DNA of 61,990 nucleotides, filler included, from Limisphaerales bacterium (lineage in GTDB: Bacteria > Verrucomicrobiota > Verrucomicrobiia > Limisphaerales > SIBE01): the NCBI GenBank assembly GCA_044225505.1. It is 7 parts of 7 records of this genome, joined end to end, with 100 filler letters (N's around TTAATTAATTAA, not from the genome) between each part and the next. Parts side by side here need not be neighbours in the genome. Positions count along the whole stretch, not along the records: positions 47,902 to 57,281 come from JBGAIN010000242.1; positions 57,382 to 61,990 come from JBGAIN010000027.1; 5 more parts are not named here. The stretch is one strand, 5' to 3'. Below the pieces are notes generated by a model, which saw nothing but the letters and a program-made list of their open reading frames with translations, was not told where the DNA came from and searched no databases. The position numbers were made by a program, and so were the translations under genes. Of this stretch, positions 48,301 through 59,967 are shown piece after piece (the first letter of the stretch is position 1; each line of letters begins with the position of its first letter).

Positions 48301-50628
48301 ATGAACCCGGACGAAATCCTCGGCTACACCCCCTCGGACTGCGAACCGGCAGGTCTCCTGGAACGATTGGCGATTCCAACGAACGGAAAGCGACTAGTCC
48401 TGGTATCGAACCGGCTACCGTTCACAGTTTCATTTTCGGATGGACAACCTCAGTTTCAGTCAAGCTCAGGCGGCCTGACTACCGGATTGTGGAGTTACCT
48501 CGAGCGACGCTCGTGCGGCCCATCGCATGGAGACTTTCTCTGGGTGGGGTGGCCTGGAGCAACCACACCTGAGGAATCCCGACTGCAGGTCCGGAGTTTT
48601 GGCGAGAAACACTTCAAATCGGCTCCGGTATTTCTTTCCGAAGAAAGGATGCATCGGTTTTACCTGGGATTCTGTAATCGCACGATCTGGCCATTATTTC
48701 ACTATTTCCCATCCCTGGTACGCTATGAGCAGGAAGACTGGGAGGAATATCAGGAAACCAACGAGGAGTTCGCCCGCGCATTGCTCCAAGTCCTCAGACC
48801 CGATGACATGCTTTGGATACACGACTACCAGCTCATGCTTCTGCCCAGGCTTATCCGTGAGCATTTTCCCGAAATGCCCATCGGCTTTTTTCTTCACATT
48901 CCCTTTCCTTCCTTCGAGGTGTTTCGCTTGTTGCCATCGACCTGGCGAACCGAGATCATTGACGGACTGCTGGGCGCGAGCCTGCTCGGATTTCACACGC
49001 ATGATTACACGCGTCATTTTCTCGGGTGCGTGCTTCGCGTGGTAGGGCACGAGCATCATTTAGGCAGACTGACCGTCCGGGAGCGCGTCATTCATGTCGA
49101 CACGTTTCCAATGGGTGTCGACTACGAGAAATTCGCGGCCGCCGCCCGGTCTCCTGAAACCGAACGCAGAGTCCAGCAGCTCCGCGAACAGAGCGGCCCG
49201 CAAAAGGTAATCTTTTCTGTCGACCGCTTGGATTACACAAAAGGGCTGCTGAATCGCCTCCGTGGCTACGAACTGTTCCTCAAGAACAATCCGCTCTGGC
49301 ATGGAAGAGTCGTCTTCATTCTCTCAGTTGCTCCCTCGCGAATCGGCGTGGAAACGTATCAAACGATGCTTCAGGAAATTGAGCAGACCGTCGGCCGAAT
49401 TGTGGGTGCCTTCGCCAGGGTGAACTGGACCCCACTGATTTACCAGTATCGTACCCTCTCCTTCGAGGAGATCGTCGCGCTTTACGGCCTGTGCGACGTC
49501 GCCCTCATCACTCCTCTGCGCGACGGAATGAACCTGGTGGCGAAAGAGTTCGTGTCGTCCCGGATCGATCAAACCGGCGTGTTGATCCTCAGTGAAATGG
49601 CCGGAGCAGCCAAAGAAATGGGCGAGGCCATTATTACCAGCCCAGTTCACAGCGGAGAGATTGCGCACTCCTTGGAGGTGGCCCTGGAGATGCCAGTCGC
49701 TGAGCAAGTCCGCCGGAACAGTCTTCTCCAGGAACGGCTTCGCCGCTATGACGTGAATCGTTGGGCAGACGATTTCCTGCAAGCGCTGCTGGCCACCCAG
49801 CAAACAGAGGCCGCGCAACGGACCCGTTCCCTGACGGGAAAGGCGCACGGTGCCCTCGTCGAACAGTATCGGCGAGCCACAGCACGAGCTTTGTTTCTCG
49901 ACTATGACGGAAGCCTTGTGCCGTTCGCGAGCCATCCTCACCAGTCCGCACCGGACGCTGAACTGCTCGACCTCCTTCGCGGCCTGGTTGCAGACCCGCG
50001 CAATATGGTTCTTGTGCTGAGCGGCCGCTCCCGCGCTGACTTGGAACGTTGGTTTGGTCAACTCCCAATCGGCCTTGTCGCGGAGCATGGTGTTTGGCTG
50101 AGGGAACCAGCCGGGCCGTGGCGAATGCTCAAGATGATGGCGAACGGTTGGATCGCCCAGGTCCGCCCCATCCTCCAGCTCCACGTGGACCGACTTCCAG
50201 GGGCTCTGCTCGAAGAAAAAGAATTCTCACTGGCCTGGCACTACCGCGGTGCGGACCCGGAACAAGCTTCGCTCCGCGCCAAAGAACTTCTCGATGACCT
50301 GGCGGACTATACTCGCAATATCGATGTCCAGGTGCTCGAGACAGACAAAGTCATCGAGATTCGTAACACCGGCGTTAGCAAAGGCACCGCCGCCGAGGAA
50401 TGGCTAACGACTAAAGCCGCGGAATTCATCCTGGCCACGGGTGATGACCGAACGGACGAGGAATTATTTCGAGCCCTCCCACCCGAGGCCTTTTCCATTC
50501 GAATCGGTTTGGCGAAAACCACGGCCCGTTATCACTTGGGGTCGCATGCGGCCGTCCGGCGTCTGCTTCGAGAACTCCGGGAGATCTCTAACCAAACCGT
50601 TCTCGACGACAAGCCAGCGATCTTGTGA
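48301..50628 (+). CDS. Bifunctional trehalose-6-phosphate synthase/phosphatase (OtsA-OtsB fusion)
   Basis: VSNRLP, WVGWPG, WIHDYQL, FLHIPFP, VDRLDYTKG and RDGMNLVAKE; HAD domain LDYDGSL, WHYR, SKG and GDDRTDE. Confidence 0.94.
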   Translation: MNPDEILGYTPSDCEPAGLLERLAIPTNGKRLVLVSNRLPFTVSFSDGQPQFQSSSGGLTTGLWSYLERRSCGPSHGDFLWVGWPGATTPEESRLQVRSFGEKHFKSAPVFLSEERMHRFYLGFCNRTIWPLFHYFPSLVRYEQEDWEEYQETNEEFARALLQVLRPDDMLWIHDYQLMLLPRLIREHFPEMPIGFFLHIPFPSFEVFRLLPSTWRTEIIDGLLGASLLGFHTHDYTRHFLGCVLRVVGHEHHLGRLTVRERVIHVDTFPMGVDYEKFAAAARSPETERRVQQLREQSGPQKVIFSVDRLDYTKGLLNRLRGYELFLKNNPLWHGRVVFILSVAPSRIGVETYQTMLQEIEQTVGRIVGAFARVNWTPLIYQYRTLSFEEIVALYGLCDVALITPLRDGMNLVAKEFVSSRIDQTGVLILSEMAGAAKEMGEAIITSPVHSGEIAHSLEVALEMPVAEQVRRNSLLQERLRRYDVNRWADDFLQALLATQQTEAAQRTRSLTGKAHGALVEQYRRATARALFLDYDGSLVPFASHPHQSAPDAELLDLLRGLVADPRNMVLVLSGRSRADLERWFGQLPIGLVAEHGVWLREPAGPWRMLKMMANGWIAQVRPILQLHVDRLPGALLEEKEFSLAWHYRGADPEQASLRAKELLDDLADYTRNIDVQVLETDKVIEIRNTGVSKGTAAEEWLTTKAAEFILATGDDRTDEELFRALPPEAFSIRIGLAKTTARYHLGSHAAVRRLLRELREISNQTVLDDKPAIL

Positions 50629-50743
50629 GCCTCGCGACGGGCTTGGGTCCGCCCCAAACCGAGTCCTTTCGCCGCTTGTCAGCGGGCCCCGGCGCCGTAT
50701 GCTATGAATCCACGCGTTCCTGTCGGTGTAGGCCTTAGACCCT

Positions 50744-53700
50744 ATGAGAAGATGCCATCTTGCCTTGACCGTGCTGGCGGCAACAATCGGTTTGCTCGGC
50801 GACGTGAAATTCGTTCACGGCACGGTAGAATGGCGACAGGGGTTCGAGAATGGCCTCGAAAGTTGGACAGTCGAGGGCGGGCTGTGGGCGGTGGGTCAAC
50901 CGGTCGCGAATGGTGGACCCAAGGCATTCGCTGGCTCTCGAGTCGCTGGCACCGGGCTGACCGGCAACTACGGAGCGACGCATGATGCCCGCCTGATTAC
51001 GCCAGAATTTACGGTGCCACCCGCGAGCACGGCTCCGCGATTTGCCTACCAGTACTGGTATCAAATCGGCGCCAATGACGCAGGGCAACTGCAAATCCGG
51101 TCCGCGAGTGGACCTTGGCAAGACGTCGCGGGCGAGCGCCTCACGGAGGCCAGCGGCGGCAGTTGGGCTCGGCGAAGTGTCGATCTGCGCCCGTATGCCG
51201 GACAATCGATTCAACTGGCGTTTCATCTTACCGCGGCGTTTCAGAATCGCGCGGGAGATCTGGCGTTGGGTTGGTTCATCGATGAAGCGGGGCTTGAGAC
51301 TGGGTCCACGGGCCTCTTCGCTTCCGAGGGGTTTGAGAACGGCTTTGGAGACTGGTCCGTCGAGGGCGGAGTGTGGCAAGCGGGAACACCAAGCGGCGCG
51401 GGTGCGCCCCCTGCATTTCGCGGGACCAACGTCGCCGGCACGATTCTATCCGGGAACTACGGCACCACTCACGACACGCGCTTGGCCACCCCCGAGTTCG
51501 TCGTCCCTCCCGCCAGTGAACATCCAAGATTTGCTTACCATTATTGGTATCAGATCGGCGCTAACGATTACTCCCAACTCCAGATCCGAACGGTCGGAGA
51601 ACCTTGGGTCGACGTGGCGGGCGAGCGACTCACGGAAGGAAGTCCCGGGGCCTGGGCCAGGCGCAGCGTCGACCTCACTGCGTATGCGGGGACGACGATT
51701 CAGGTCGGCTTTCGGTTGGTCGCGGCTTATGACAATCGCGCCGGAGACCTGGCACTGGGCTGGTACATTGACGAAGCGGCCATTGAAACTGGCGCGATGA
51801 TTTTTCCTTCCCCCTTTGGATTTGAGGCTGGGTTTGGAGACTGGTCCGTCGAGGGCGGAGTGTGGCAAGCGGGAACACCAAGCGGCACGGGTGCGCCCCC
51901 TGCATTTCGCGGGACCAACGTCGCTGGGACGATTCTGGCGGGCATTTACGGCACGACCCACGATGCGCGGGTGGTTACCCCGGAGTTTCTAGTCCCATTG
52001 CCCTCTCAAGCCCCGCGTTTCTCTTTCTACTCGTGGAGCCAGTTCGGCGCGTTTGATTACGGTCAAACACAAGTGCGAAGCCTTGGGGGCGATTGGCAGG
52101 ATTTGCCTGACCAGAGACTGACTCTGAATAGCGGAGCTTGGGTCCGAAACAGCATCGACCTGCGCCCTTATGCCGGCCGTGTCATCCAGCTCGGTTTCCA
52201 CCTTGTCTCCGCCTTCGAGAATCGCGGAGGTGATCTGGGGCTAGGTTGGTATCTGGACGATGCCCGCCTCGAAACTGGCGCGATGGAGTTTATTACCCCT
52301 CAAGACTTCGAGAGTGGGTTCGGGGACTGGTCGTCCGAAGGAGGGGTTTGGCAGGTGGGGATCCCAACTGGAGCAGGCGCGCCCTCGGTGCTTGCAGGCG
52401 GCCATGTCGCCGGGACGATTCTCGCTGGAACCTACCCGAATAATGCCGACGCCAGGCTGATTGCTCCCGAGTTGACCGTGCCGCCTGCCGCCCGCGCGCC
52501 GCAACTCACCTTTGACCATTGGCGGGCGATGCCAGGGAACGACCGTGGCCGAGTAGAGATTCGTGTTGCCGACGGGCCCTGGATCCCGATTTCCGAATAC
52601 TTCACGGGCTCCGATACCACTTGGAAACCGGCGACGGTGGATTTGATTCCCTACGCAGGCCAGCAAGTGCGGCTCTCGTGGCATTTCACTTCGGACACAG
52701 TCACCGTCAATCGCGGATGGTATTTAGATAATATCCGTCTGACAGCGCTCGACCCTACTCTCCTGAACCTTGGCACGCCCGTCCAAGGCGTGTTGGCCCA
52801 CGCGGGCGCGCGCGCGCTTTACGTGGTCAACGTTCCCGCGGGCGGGCATCTTAAAGTCCTGCTCGATGATTTGGACGGACTGGGAGGGAATGAGGTGTTC
52901 GTCCGCCGCGGTGCCCTGCCCACAGCTGGCCTTTACGACTACCGCGCCACGGGAGGCGCGGACTTGGCGTTATTGGCGCCCAACGCGGGCGCGGGCAGTT
53001 GGTTCGTGCTCGTCGTGGGAAGCTCCATTCCAGCGAACGGCAGCCCCTTCCACCTTCGCGCCGATTTCCTGTCGGGGATCGCCGTGACTGGCGTCACCCC
53101 CTCTCGTCTTGGCAACCGCTCGATTGCCAGTATCGAAATCGCCGGGGCTGGGTTCGACGGGACGGCGCAGGTTGAGTTGCGCTCAGGAGCGACCGTCCTG
53201 GCGCCGAACGCGTCTGCCATCATCAGCGGAGCAAAGCTCCGGGCCGATTTTCCACTCGTCGGCGCCACCCCGGGCGAATACCAACTGTTCGTCCGCCAGG
53301 GCACCAACTCAGGCTCGTGGCCCATTGAGGTGGTGGCGGGCGGTCAGCCCAAGTTTGAAGCTCATTTGACCGCACCAGGACGCGTTGGAAGACATGCGCC
53401 CGCCACGTTGCTCGTCGAGTACGCCAATACCGGCGACGCACCGCTCGCGTCGCCGCTGCTAATTGTTCATGGCAGCGACCGCGCACTCATGACGCTGGAT
53501 TCGACCCAGAACGGGCGAGGACTCTGGACCGCCATGGCACCCCGCGGTTTTACCGATACGATTCAGTTTCTGGCGAGCGGACAGGTTCCCGGAATCCTGC
53601 TGCCCAGCGAACGCCGCCGGGTCCAAGTCTTCTACGCCGGGCTGCAACAGCCGTGGAATTTCGGCGATGGCAATGTCCAGTTTGACCTCGTCGCGTTCAA

Positions 53701-56700
53701 GGATTCCAATGCGGAGCCCATCCACTGGGACTCCCTCAAGCCCACTTTTCGGCCCGAGAAAATTTCTCTCCCGGCCTGGGAGATCGTCTGGTCGAATTTC
53801 ACGGCGGCCGCCGGCAACACCTGGGGTTCGTTCGTGGGGATGCTCGCGGACACGGCGCGTTACCTGGGCGATCTCGACCTGAACGTGATTGATGTGGGAG
53901 ATCTGCTCGCGTTCCGATTGGCGCAAGCGGACGGCCTTAACCCTGTTGCGGTCTTGGCTCCGGCGACCGATGTGGAGCTTCGCCAGCCTGGATTGAACCT
54001 CACCTTCTCCCGAGTTTACCCCCAAGCGATCAGCCAGCGGTTTAACGCCGGGCCACTCGGCATGGGATGGTCGCACAACTGGGATTTTCGACTTCAGAAA
54101 GACCCGAATGGCACGGTGTTCGTGGCTGGCCCAATGGGCGCCCGGCGCGAGTTTCAACCAGACGTGCGAGGGGGCTTTTTTAGTGCGCCAGGCGACTATG
54201 GCAAGTTATCAAACTTGGGAAGTGGCCGCTACCAGATTACAGAACGGGACGCTGTCAAGATCGTCTTCCATTCGGACGGCGCCCTTGACTACGCGGAAGA
54301 CCCGAACGGGAACCGCATCACTGCTCAACAGAGCGGCGGCCAATTGCAGGCGCTGGTTCACTCCTCGGGCGCCCGATTGCAATTCACCTATAACAGCGGC
54401 TTGCTGCAATCGCTCACGGAGCCAAGCGGGCGAACCACGGTATTCGCCTACAATGGCTCTGGGCAACTCGTCCAAGTCACCTCTCCAACGGGAGCGATTA
54501 CATCTTACTCGTACAGCCCACCGCAAAATGCCTTACGCGCTCCAGAATTAACGACGGTGACTTACCCTGGCGGCGAGGTGGATCGATTCAGTTACGACTT
54601 GCAAGGCCGACTGACCACAACGAGCCGAGGCGACGCCGCCGCGCAGCTGACTTTTGGTTACGCCACTCCCGGCCTGGTCACCGTCACGGACTCGGCTCAA
54701 AGTGTTTCGAAGTTTTACTTCGATCATCTCGGCCGAATTGCGCGCTTGGAAAACCCACTTGGAGCCGCGACGCAGTGGACGTTCGACCGCAACGCCAACG
54801 TCCTCGCGACGCGAGGGGCCAATGGCGTTACGACCACTGCAGCCTACGACTTGAGCGGCAATGTTGTCCATTTGATCGATGCCAACGGCCATGGGCTAAA
54901 GATGACCTATGCGGCCAACAACCAGCTCGATCGCCTCACCGATGCGCGGGCGAACGTCATGGATTTCGATTATGACTCGGCCGGCAATATCGCACGCTCT
55001 CGGTTGCCCGATGGCTCGGTCGAGGGTTATACGAACAACTCGAAGGGCACATTGATCACCGTTCAAAACCGGCGCGGCCAAATCATCGAATTCACGGTCG
55101 ATTCCGCCGGCCGGGTCATCCGCCGCTCTCTGCCTGAAGGACAGGTCGCCGAGTTCACCTATGACGATCGCGGGAACCTGATCCAGATCACCGATTCGGC
55201 GCAAGGGGAAACACGGCGGCAATTCAATGCGCAGGACCGGCTGGTCGCCGTCACATTTCCAAGAGGGCCAGGCTTGACGTTTGAATACGATAAAGCCGGT
55301 CGCCGGACGCGGCGCGTGACGCAGGACGGCTTCGATGAAAAGTCCGTTTACGACACCAACGGACGCTTGGCGCGGATCGAAGATGGCGCTGGGCGTCTCC
55401 TGGCCGAATACCTTTACGATCCTCAAAGCCGACTCGCTCGCGAGAACAAAGAAAACGGCACATGGACCACGTACGAGTACGACGCCGCAGGGCAGTTGCT
55501 CCGCTTACAGAACTTCGCCCCGGACGGCACATCGATTTCAGATTTCCAATACCGCTATGATTTGAACGGCCACCGAACCGCGCTCACCACCGCGGCTGGC
55601 ACCACCGAGTTTGCTTACGACCCGCTTGGCCAACTGACTCAAGTCGCCGAACCTGGAGGCCGATTTGTTTCGGTAGCCTATGATCCGGCGGGAAATCGAT
55701 CCGCCTTTGTCGAAAATGGAGTTACGAATCGCTATCTGGTGAACAGCCGAAACCAGTACCTTCAAGCGGGTCCGGCGAGCTTCACCTACGATGCCGACGG
55801 TAATTTGACCAATCGGACGGATGCAACCGGGACGACGTCCTGGCAATATGACAGTTTAAATCGGCTGGTGAGCTTGAATGCGCCGGGCATTGGTCTCTGG
55901 ACTTACACCTACGATGCGATGGGAAACTGTGCCTCGGTCTCTCACAATGGTGCCGTCACCCATTTCCTCCATGATCCAGGCCCAACCGCAGATTTGATCG
56001 CTGAGTACGATGCAGCTGGCGCTCTGCTGGCTCACTACCATCATGGTTTGGGTCTCGTCCGTCGCACCGACGCGCAAGGCGTGGGGCTCGTCTACAGCTT
56101 TGACCCCTTAGGCAATACCCGAGAGATGACAGACGCGCGCGGTGTTGTGCTCCAACGATACACTTACGACGCTTTCGGCGTCGCTAGCGTGAATTTGGGA
56201 ACGTCGAGTAATAACTTCCTCTTCGCCGGTCGTTGGGGGGTCAGAGCTCTGCCTGATGGGAATTACGACATGCGCCTCCGGCAATATTCGCCTGGCCTCG
56301 CCCGGTTCAATCAGGAAGACCCGATCGGCTTGGCGGGAGGCACCGCCAATCTCTATGCGTATGCCCGCAACGAACCCACCCGGTGGCTCGACCCGTTCGG
56401 CACCCGCACTGCCGCGGAAGAATGGAACGATATCTGGCAGCGAATTCGGTCGCTGCAACAAGCCGCCGCGGACGCCGGCTTTGGCAGCAGTTGGATTGAT
56501 CACCTTTTTTTAGGCACGCTCAGCGCCAATGGCTACGACACCGGCACCTATTACCTGAAATGTTATCAATGGCAGGAACTCGTTTTGCAGAACCTCGCGG
56601 CTGCGGGCGCTTATGAGCATTGGGAAATCCTCCGTGGGGCACGAGTCGGATACGGCATCAACGTCGGCGGTCGTGATTACGTCTCTCACTATTTTGTCGT

Positions 56701-57281
56701 CATCCGAAACAAGGACAACGGCACCACCTGGAAGATCGATCCTTGGGAATATCCAGATCAGCCGATCCGACGCCTGGGGCCGGACCCAGGGGACAAACAT
56801 GTCTTCTGTTACCAGGGCGCAAATCACGAGGATACAGGCGTCCGCGACGCTTGTGGGGAAACCGCCATTGCCGCTGCACACGACCCCAACGAGCTCATCG
56901 GCCCAGGAGGTTATGGCACCCCCAATTACCTGCCCCCGGACCGCATTTTCCAGTACCGCATCGGCTTCGAGAATGCCACGAATGCCACCGCCCCAGCGCA
57001 GGTTGTCGTGGTAACCAACGCCATCCCCTCAGATCTGGACTTGGCCACCCTGGAGTTTGCCAGTGCCGGTTTCGGAGATTATCTCTGGGACATTCCAGCA
57101 GGCTCCTTACATTACGAACACACAGAATCCGTGACCTACGCTGGAATTCAGTTCGACGTCAATTTCGAAGCGAGGATCGATCGGGCAGCCCGTCAACTCG
57201 TCGTGCGCTTCGATTCGATCATGCCAGATACAGGACTTCCTCCCGTCGTCGACATCGGCTTCCTACCTCCAGAAGATGGCA
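50744..57281 (+). CDS. Large secreted RHS/YD-repeat protein (four N-terminal jelly-roll repeats, PPC, IPT, DUF6531-like, RHS core, putative C-H-D enzyme domain, Ig-like tail); truncated by contig end
   Basis: Signal peptide, 4x ~163-aa F E.GF.DW..EGG.W..GWY.D repeats, FSRVY..LGMGWSHNW, YD repeats, RFNQEDPIGLAGG.NLYAYARNEP..LDPFG, then HDPNELIGP..Y.I.FEN..ATAPAQ.V. Confidence 0.92.
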
Positions 57282-57381
57282 NNNNNNNNNNNNNNNNNNN
57301 NNNNNNNNNNNNNNNNNNNNNNNNNTTAATTAATTAANNNNNNNNNNNNNNNNNNNNNNNNNNNNNNNNNNNNNNNNNNNN
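57282..57381. other. Artificial contig spacer
   Basis: N44-TTAATTAATTAA-N44. Confidence 0.99.
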
Positions 57382-59202
57382 CGTGTTCCCACGGTCACGG
57401 ATTGGGTCAACATTGGCGCGGTGCCGACGAACGCGGCGGTCCACCTCTCCTCGCACAATCCGGCCGTGCCCACTTTAGAGAAAGTCCGGGTCCGAAGTCT
57501 CACGTCCAAGGCTGATCTGGTCTTGCTCTACTGTGAACTCCAAGTCGACGAACCCTTTATCTGCGACGGCTCACTCTATCTCACCGCCAGTAAGTTAACC
57601 GATACGGTGCTGGTCGGAGGCCCCATGTCCGTGCTGGGATATAATCGGGGCCCCACCGATCCGTTTGTGACACGCGAAGGGTATTTCTCCGTGCTCGATG
57701 GAGTGACCCTGCGGGGAGATCTGGAGATGAAAACGGAATACCACATCTTAAATCGCCTCACGTTGCAGGGAAACATTTACGGTAAGGTCGACCGTAAGAG
57801 TGGCTTTAACGGACTTCTCCATGCAACTCGCGATACTGTTATCCAGGGACCTGGCACGTTCCACGATTTACCCCTCGAAGTGTCCAGCGGCGAACTCAAC
57901 GCGCCAAATCGACCGGGACCCTTGGTCACGATAGGTTCGGATATCACATTCCGCGGGGCGCTCAATATCGGACTGGAAGGGCCGTCCTCGCGCCTTATCA
58001 ATCGCGGTAAACTGCTGGCAGATAGTCCACTCCCGTTCGCCTCGGGCCGTTATTACAGCGCCATCAATATGGTGGGCGGCGTCGGCACCAACGAGTCCCT
58101 GATCAATGAGGGAACCATCCTGGCCAGCAACGGCTATCGCCTGTTGATTTCGGGCCCTTACAATACGCGGCTGATCAATCGCGGTGCCCTCCGGGTAGAA
58201 ACGAACAGCTTTCTTTGGTTTTCCGTTCCTTTAGTTTCCCCTAAAGTCCGATGTGAGGCGGGGGGCGTGGTGCAACTCTCCGGCCGTGGTGCGCCCTGGA
58301 CGACGGATGCGGGCCAGGTCTCGGAGCTTTCCGGGCCCGGGCTCTGGCTGGCAAGCGAGAGTGAGTTTCAAGGCGGCACGATCCGTCTGACCGAGGATGC
58401 GATCCTGGAAGGAACAGCGGTCTTTAATAACGTCACCTTCGAAGGCGAACTGCACAATTACGACTGGAATTCCCGCCGAGCGGCCTTGCCTGATTACCTC
58501 GTCGGTTATGGAAACCAGGTTCAAGTTCTGACGAATTTGACTCTGAACGGTTTGATCGCCTTTCATCGTCCCGACTCATCGTCGAGTGGCGGACGCCTCT
58601 ATTTCCTCGGCGCTCCATCCCGTCTGGATGGCCAGGGGCGTGTTGAGTTCGACGGCCTCAGTCGCTTCAACCAGATCCAGGGGAGCGGTGTTGCCGATGC
58701 GCCCGGCTTCCTCACCCTTGGGCCCAACATTACAATCCATGGCAAGAGCCTGACCATCGGCAATATCTCAGGCGTCGATTCCGGCCAACTCCCTTTTGTG
58801 GCGAACCAAGGCACTATCCTGACGCAACCCGGTGATCTGCTCAGCTTTGGGACCTACAGCTTGACCAACTCGGGCGTCATTCGCATTGCTGGCACCAACC
58901 AGGTCAACGTTCGATTCAACTTCGACCAAACCACCACCGGCCGCCTCGAGTTCGAAGCATCCAATCCTGCGTCAGGCCCGGCCAATGGACAACTCAACGT
59001 CGCTGGCACCGTCACTTTGGACGGCGCTCTCAAACTCAGCCTGGCCGCAACGTATTCACCCTCTCCCGGAGACGCCTTTGCGCTGCTCCTCTATCCATCC
59101 GTGTTGGGGCAGTTCGCCTCGATCAGCGCACCGACTGCTCCCTCGAACCTCGAATACGCGCCTGAATACGGACCGAAGAAGTTCCAGCTTCAGCTCCGCT
59201 AG
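57382..59202 (+). CDS. C-terminal part of a large beta-strand-repeat (adhesin/passenger-like) protein
   Basis: Open frame from the contig start, repeated LINxGTI motifs, and terminal GQLNVAGTVTLDGALKLSL..YSPSPGDAFALLLY. Confidence 0.75.
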   Translation, partial: RVPTVTDWVNIGAVPTNAAVHLSSHNPAVPTLEKVRVRSLTSKADLVLLYCELQVDEPFICDGSLYLTASKLTDTVLVGGPMSVLGYNRGPTDPFVTREGYFSVLDGVTLRGDLEMKTEYHILNRLTLQGNIYGKVDRKSGFNGLLHATRDTVIQGPGTFHDLPLEVSSGELNAPNRPGPLVTIGSDITFRGALNIGLEGPSSRLINRGKLLADSPLPFASGRYYSAINMVGGVGTNESLINEGTILASNGYRLLISGPYNTRLINRGALRVETNSFLWFSVPLVSPKVRCEAGGVVQLSGRGAPWTTDAGQVSELSGPGLWLASESEFQGGTIRLTEDAILEGTAVFNNVTFEGELHNYDWNSRRAALPDYLVGYGNQVQVLTNLTLNGLIAFHRPDSSSSGGRLYFLGAPSRLDGQGRVEFDGLSRFNQIQGSGVADAPGFLTLGPNITIHGKSLTIGNISGVDSGQLPFVANQGTILTQPGDLLSFGTYSLTNSGVIRIAGTNQVNVRFNFDQTTTGRLEFEASNPASGPANGQLNVAGTVTLDGALKLSLAATYSPSPGDAFALLLYPSVLGQFASISAPTAPSNLEYAPEYGPKKFQLQLR

Positions 59203-59262
59203 CCGAAAAGCGAGACGCCGAAAAGGCCTATTCCTGGTGAACAGACGCGGCGCGGCGCGCGG

Positions 59263-59793
59263 TTAGCTTGGCAACGAGACACAAACGATTTTCCAGGTCC
59301 CATCCTGTTTCCCAGCGAGCATCGCGAACATTGAGGCTTTGATTCCGCCATCCGCAATCAACGTGCGCAGATACTCTGCATTCGAAGGTTTTTGTTTTAA
59401 TTCCGCCGCGGCATCGGCCAATTGGCGCTTGCTCAAGCGGATGTTCAATGTAAATGACGCGACGGCAACCGAGCGGTGGGTCGGGGACACGTCCACTTTC
59501 ACTGCAGAAACCTCCATCTTATCTAGCCCATTCCGCTCCGGCGCGAGCAAACCTCTGCCATTCATTGTCTCGTCGAACCCAACCGTTGCGCGCAAGCTCC
59601 CCGCCCCTATCACGGCAACCTTTTCACCCAAAACCCTTTTGAGACTGGCAGCGTCTCGCGCCGTCATTGCGGTGAAAAAGTCGCGTATCGTCTTTTCGAC
59701 GTCGGGATCGGCGTGAACTCGACCGACGCTTAACATGCCGAGGAAAATTGCTGCACAAATGCAATACCGTTTCCCTAAAGAGGTGATGGTCAT
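59263..59793 (-). CDS. Exported NTF2/SnoaL-like protein
   Basis: Signal peptide (..RVHA), TIRDFFTAM..RDAASL and C-terminal KQDGTWKIV. Confidence 0.7.
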   Translation of the reverse strand: MTITSLGKRYCICAAIFLGMLSVGRVHADPDVEKTIRDFFTAMTARDAASLKRVLGEKVAVIGAGSLRATVGFDETMNGRGLLAPERNGLDKMEVSAVKVDVSPTHRSVAVASFTLNIRLSKRQLADAAAELKQKPSNAEYLRTLIADGGIKASMFAMLAGKQDGTWKIVCVSLPS

Positions 59794-59967
59794 GGTATTA
59801 AGACCAGCGATGAGGCCCGGTGTTCAATCCCACCGAGGAGACGGGCTCTTACCCAAGGACATTCTAATCCGGCCAGAATGGTATCCTGTTGCGGGCGTGA
59901 GGTTCGGCCCAAAGTTCGGTCGAAGAATATGACCATCTCGCAACCAGGATTGATCAATAACGACAGC

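Noticed and set aside
48301..50628. OtsA-OtsB fusion as a novelty
   Set aside because: Fused TPS/TPP enzymes are well known in bacteria and archaea.
9439..57381. TTAATTAATTAA recurring about every 9.5 kb
   Set aside because: Artificial six-frame-stop linker flanked by Ns; not a biological repeat. Adjacency across these spacers is meaningless.
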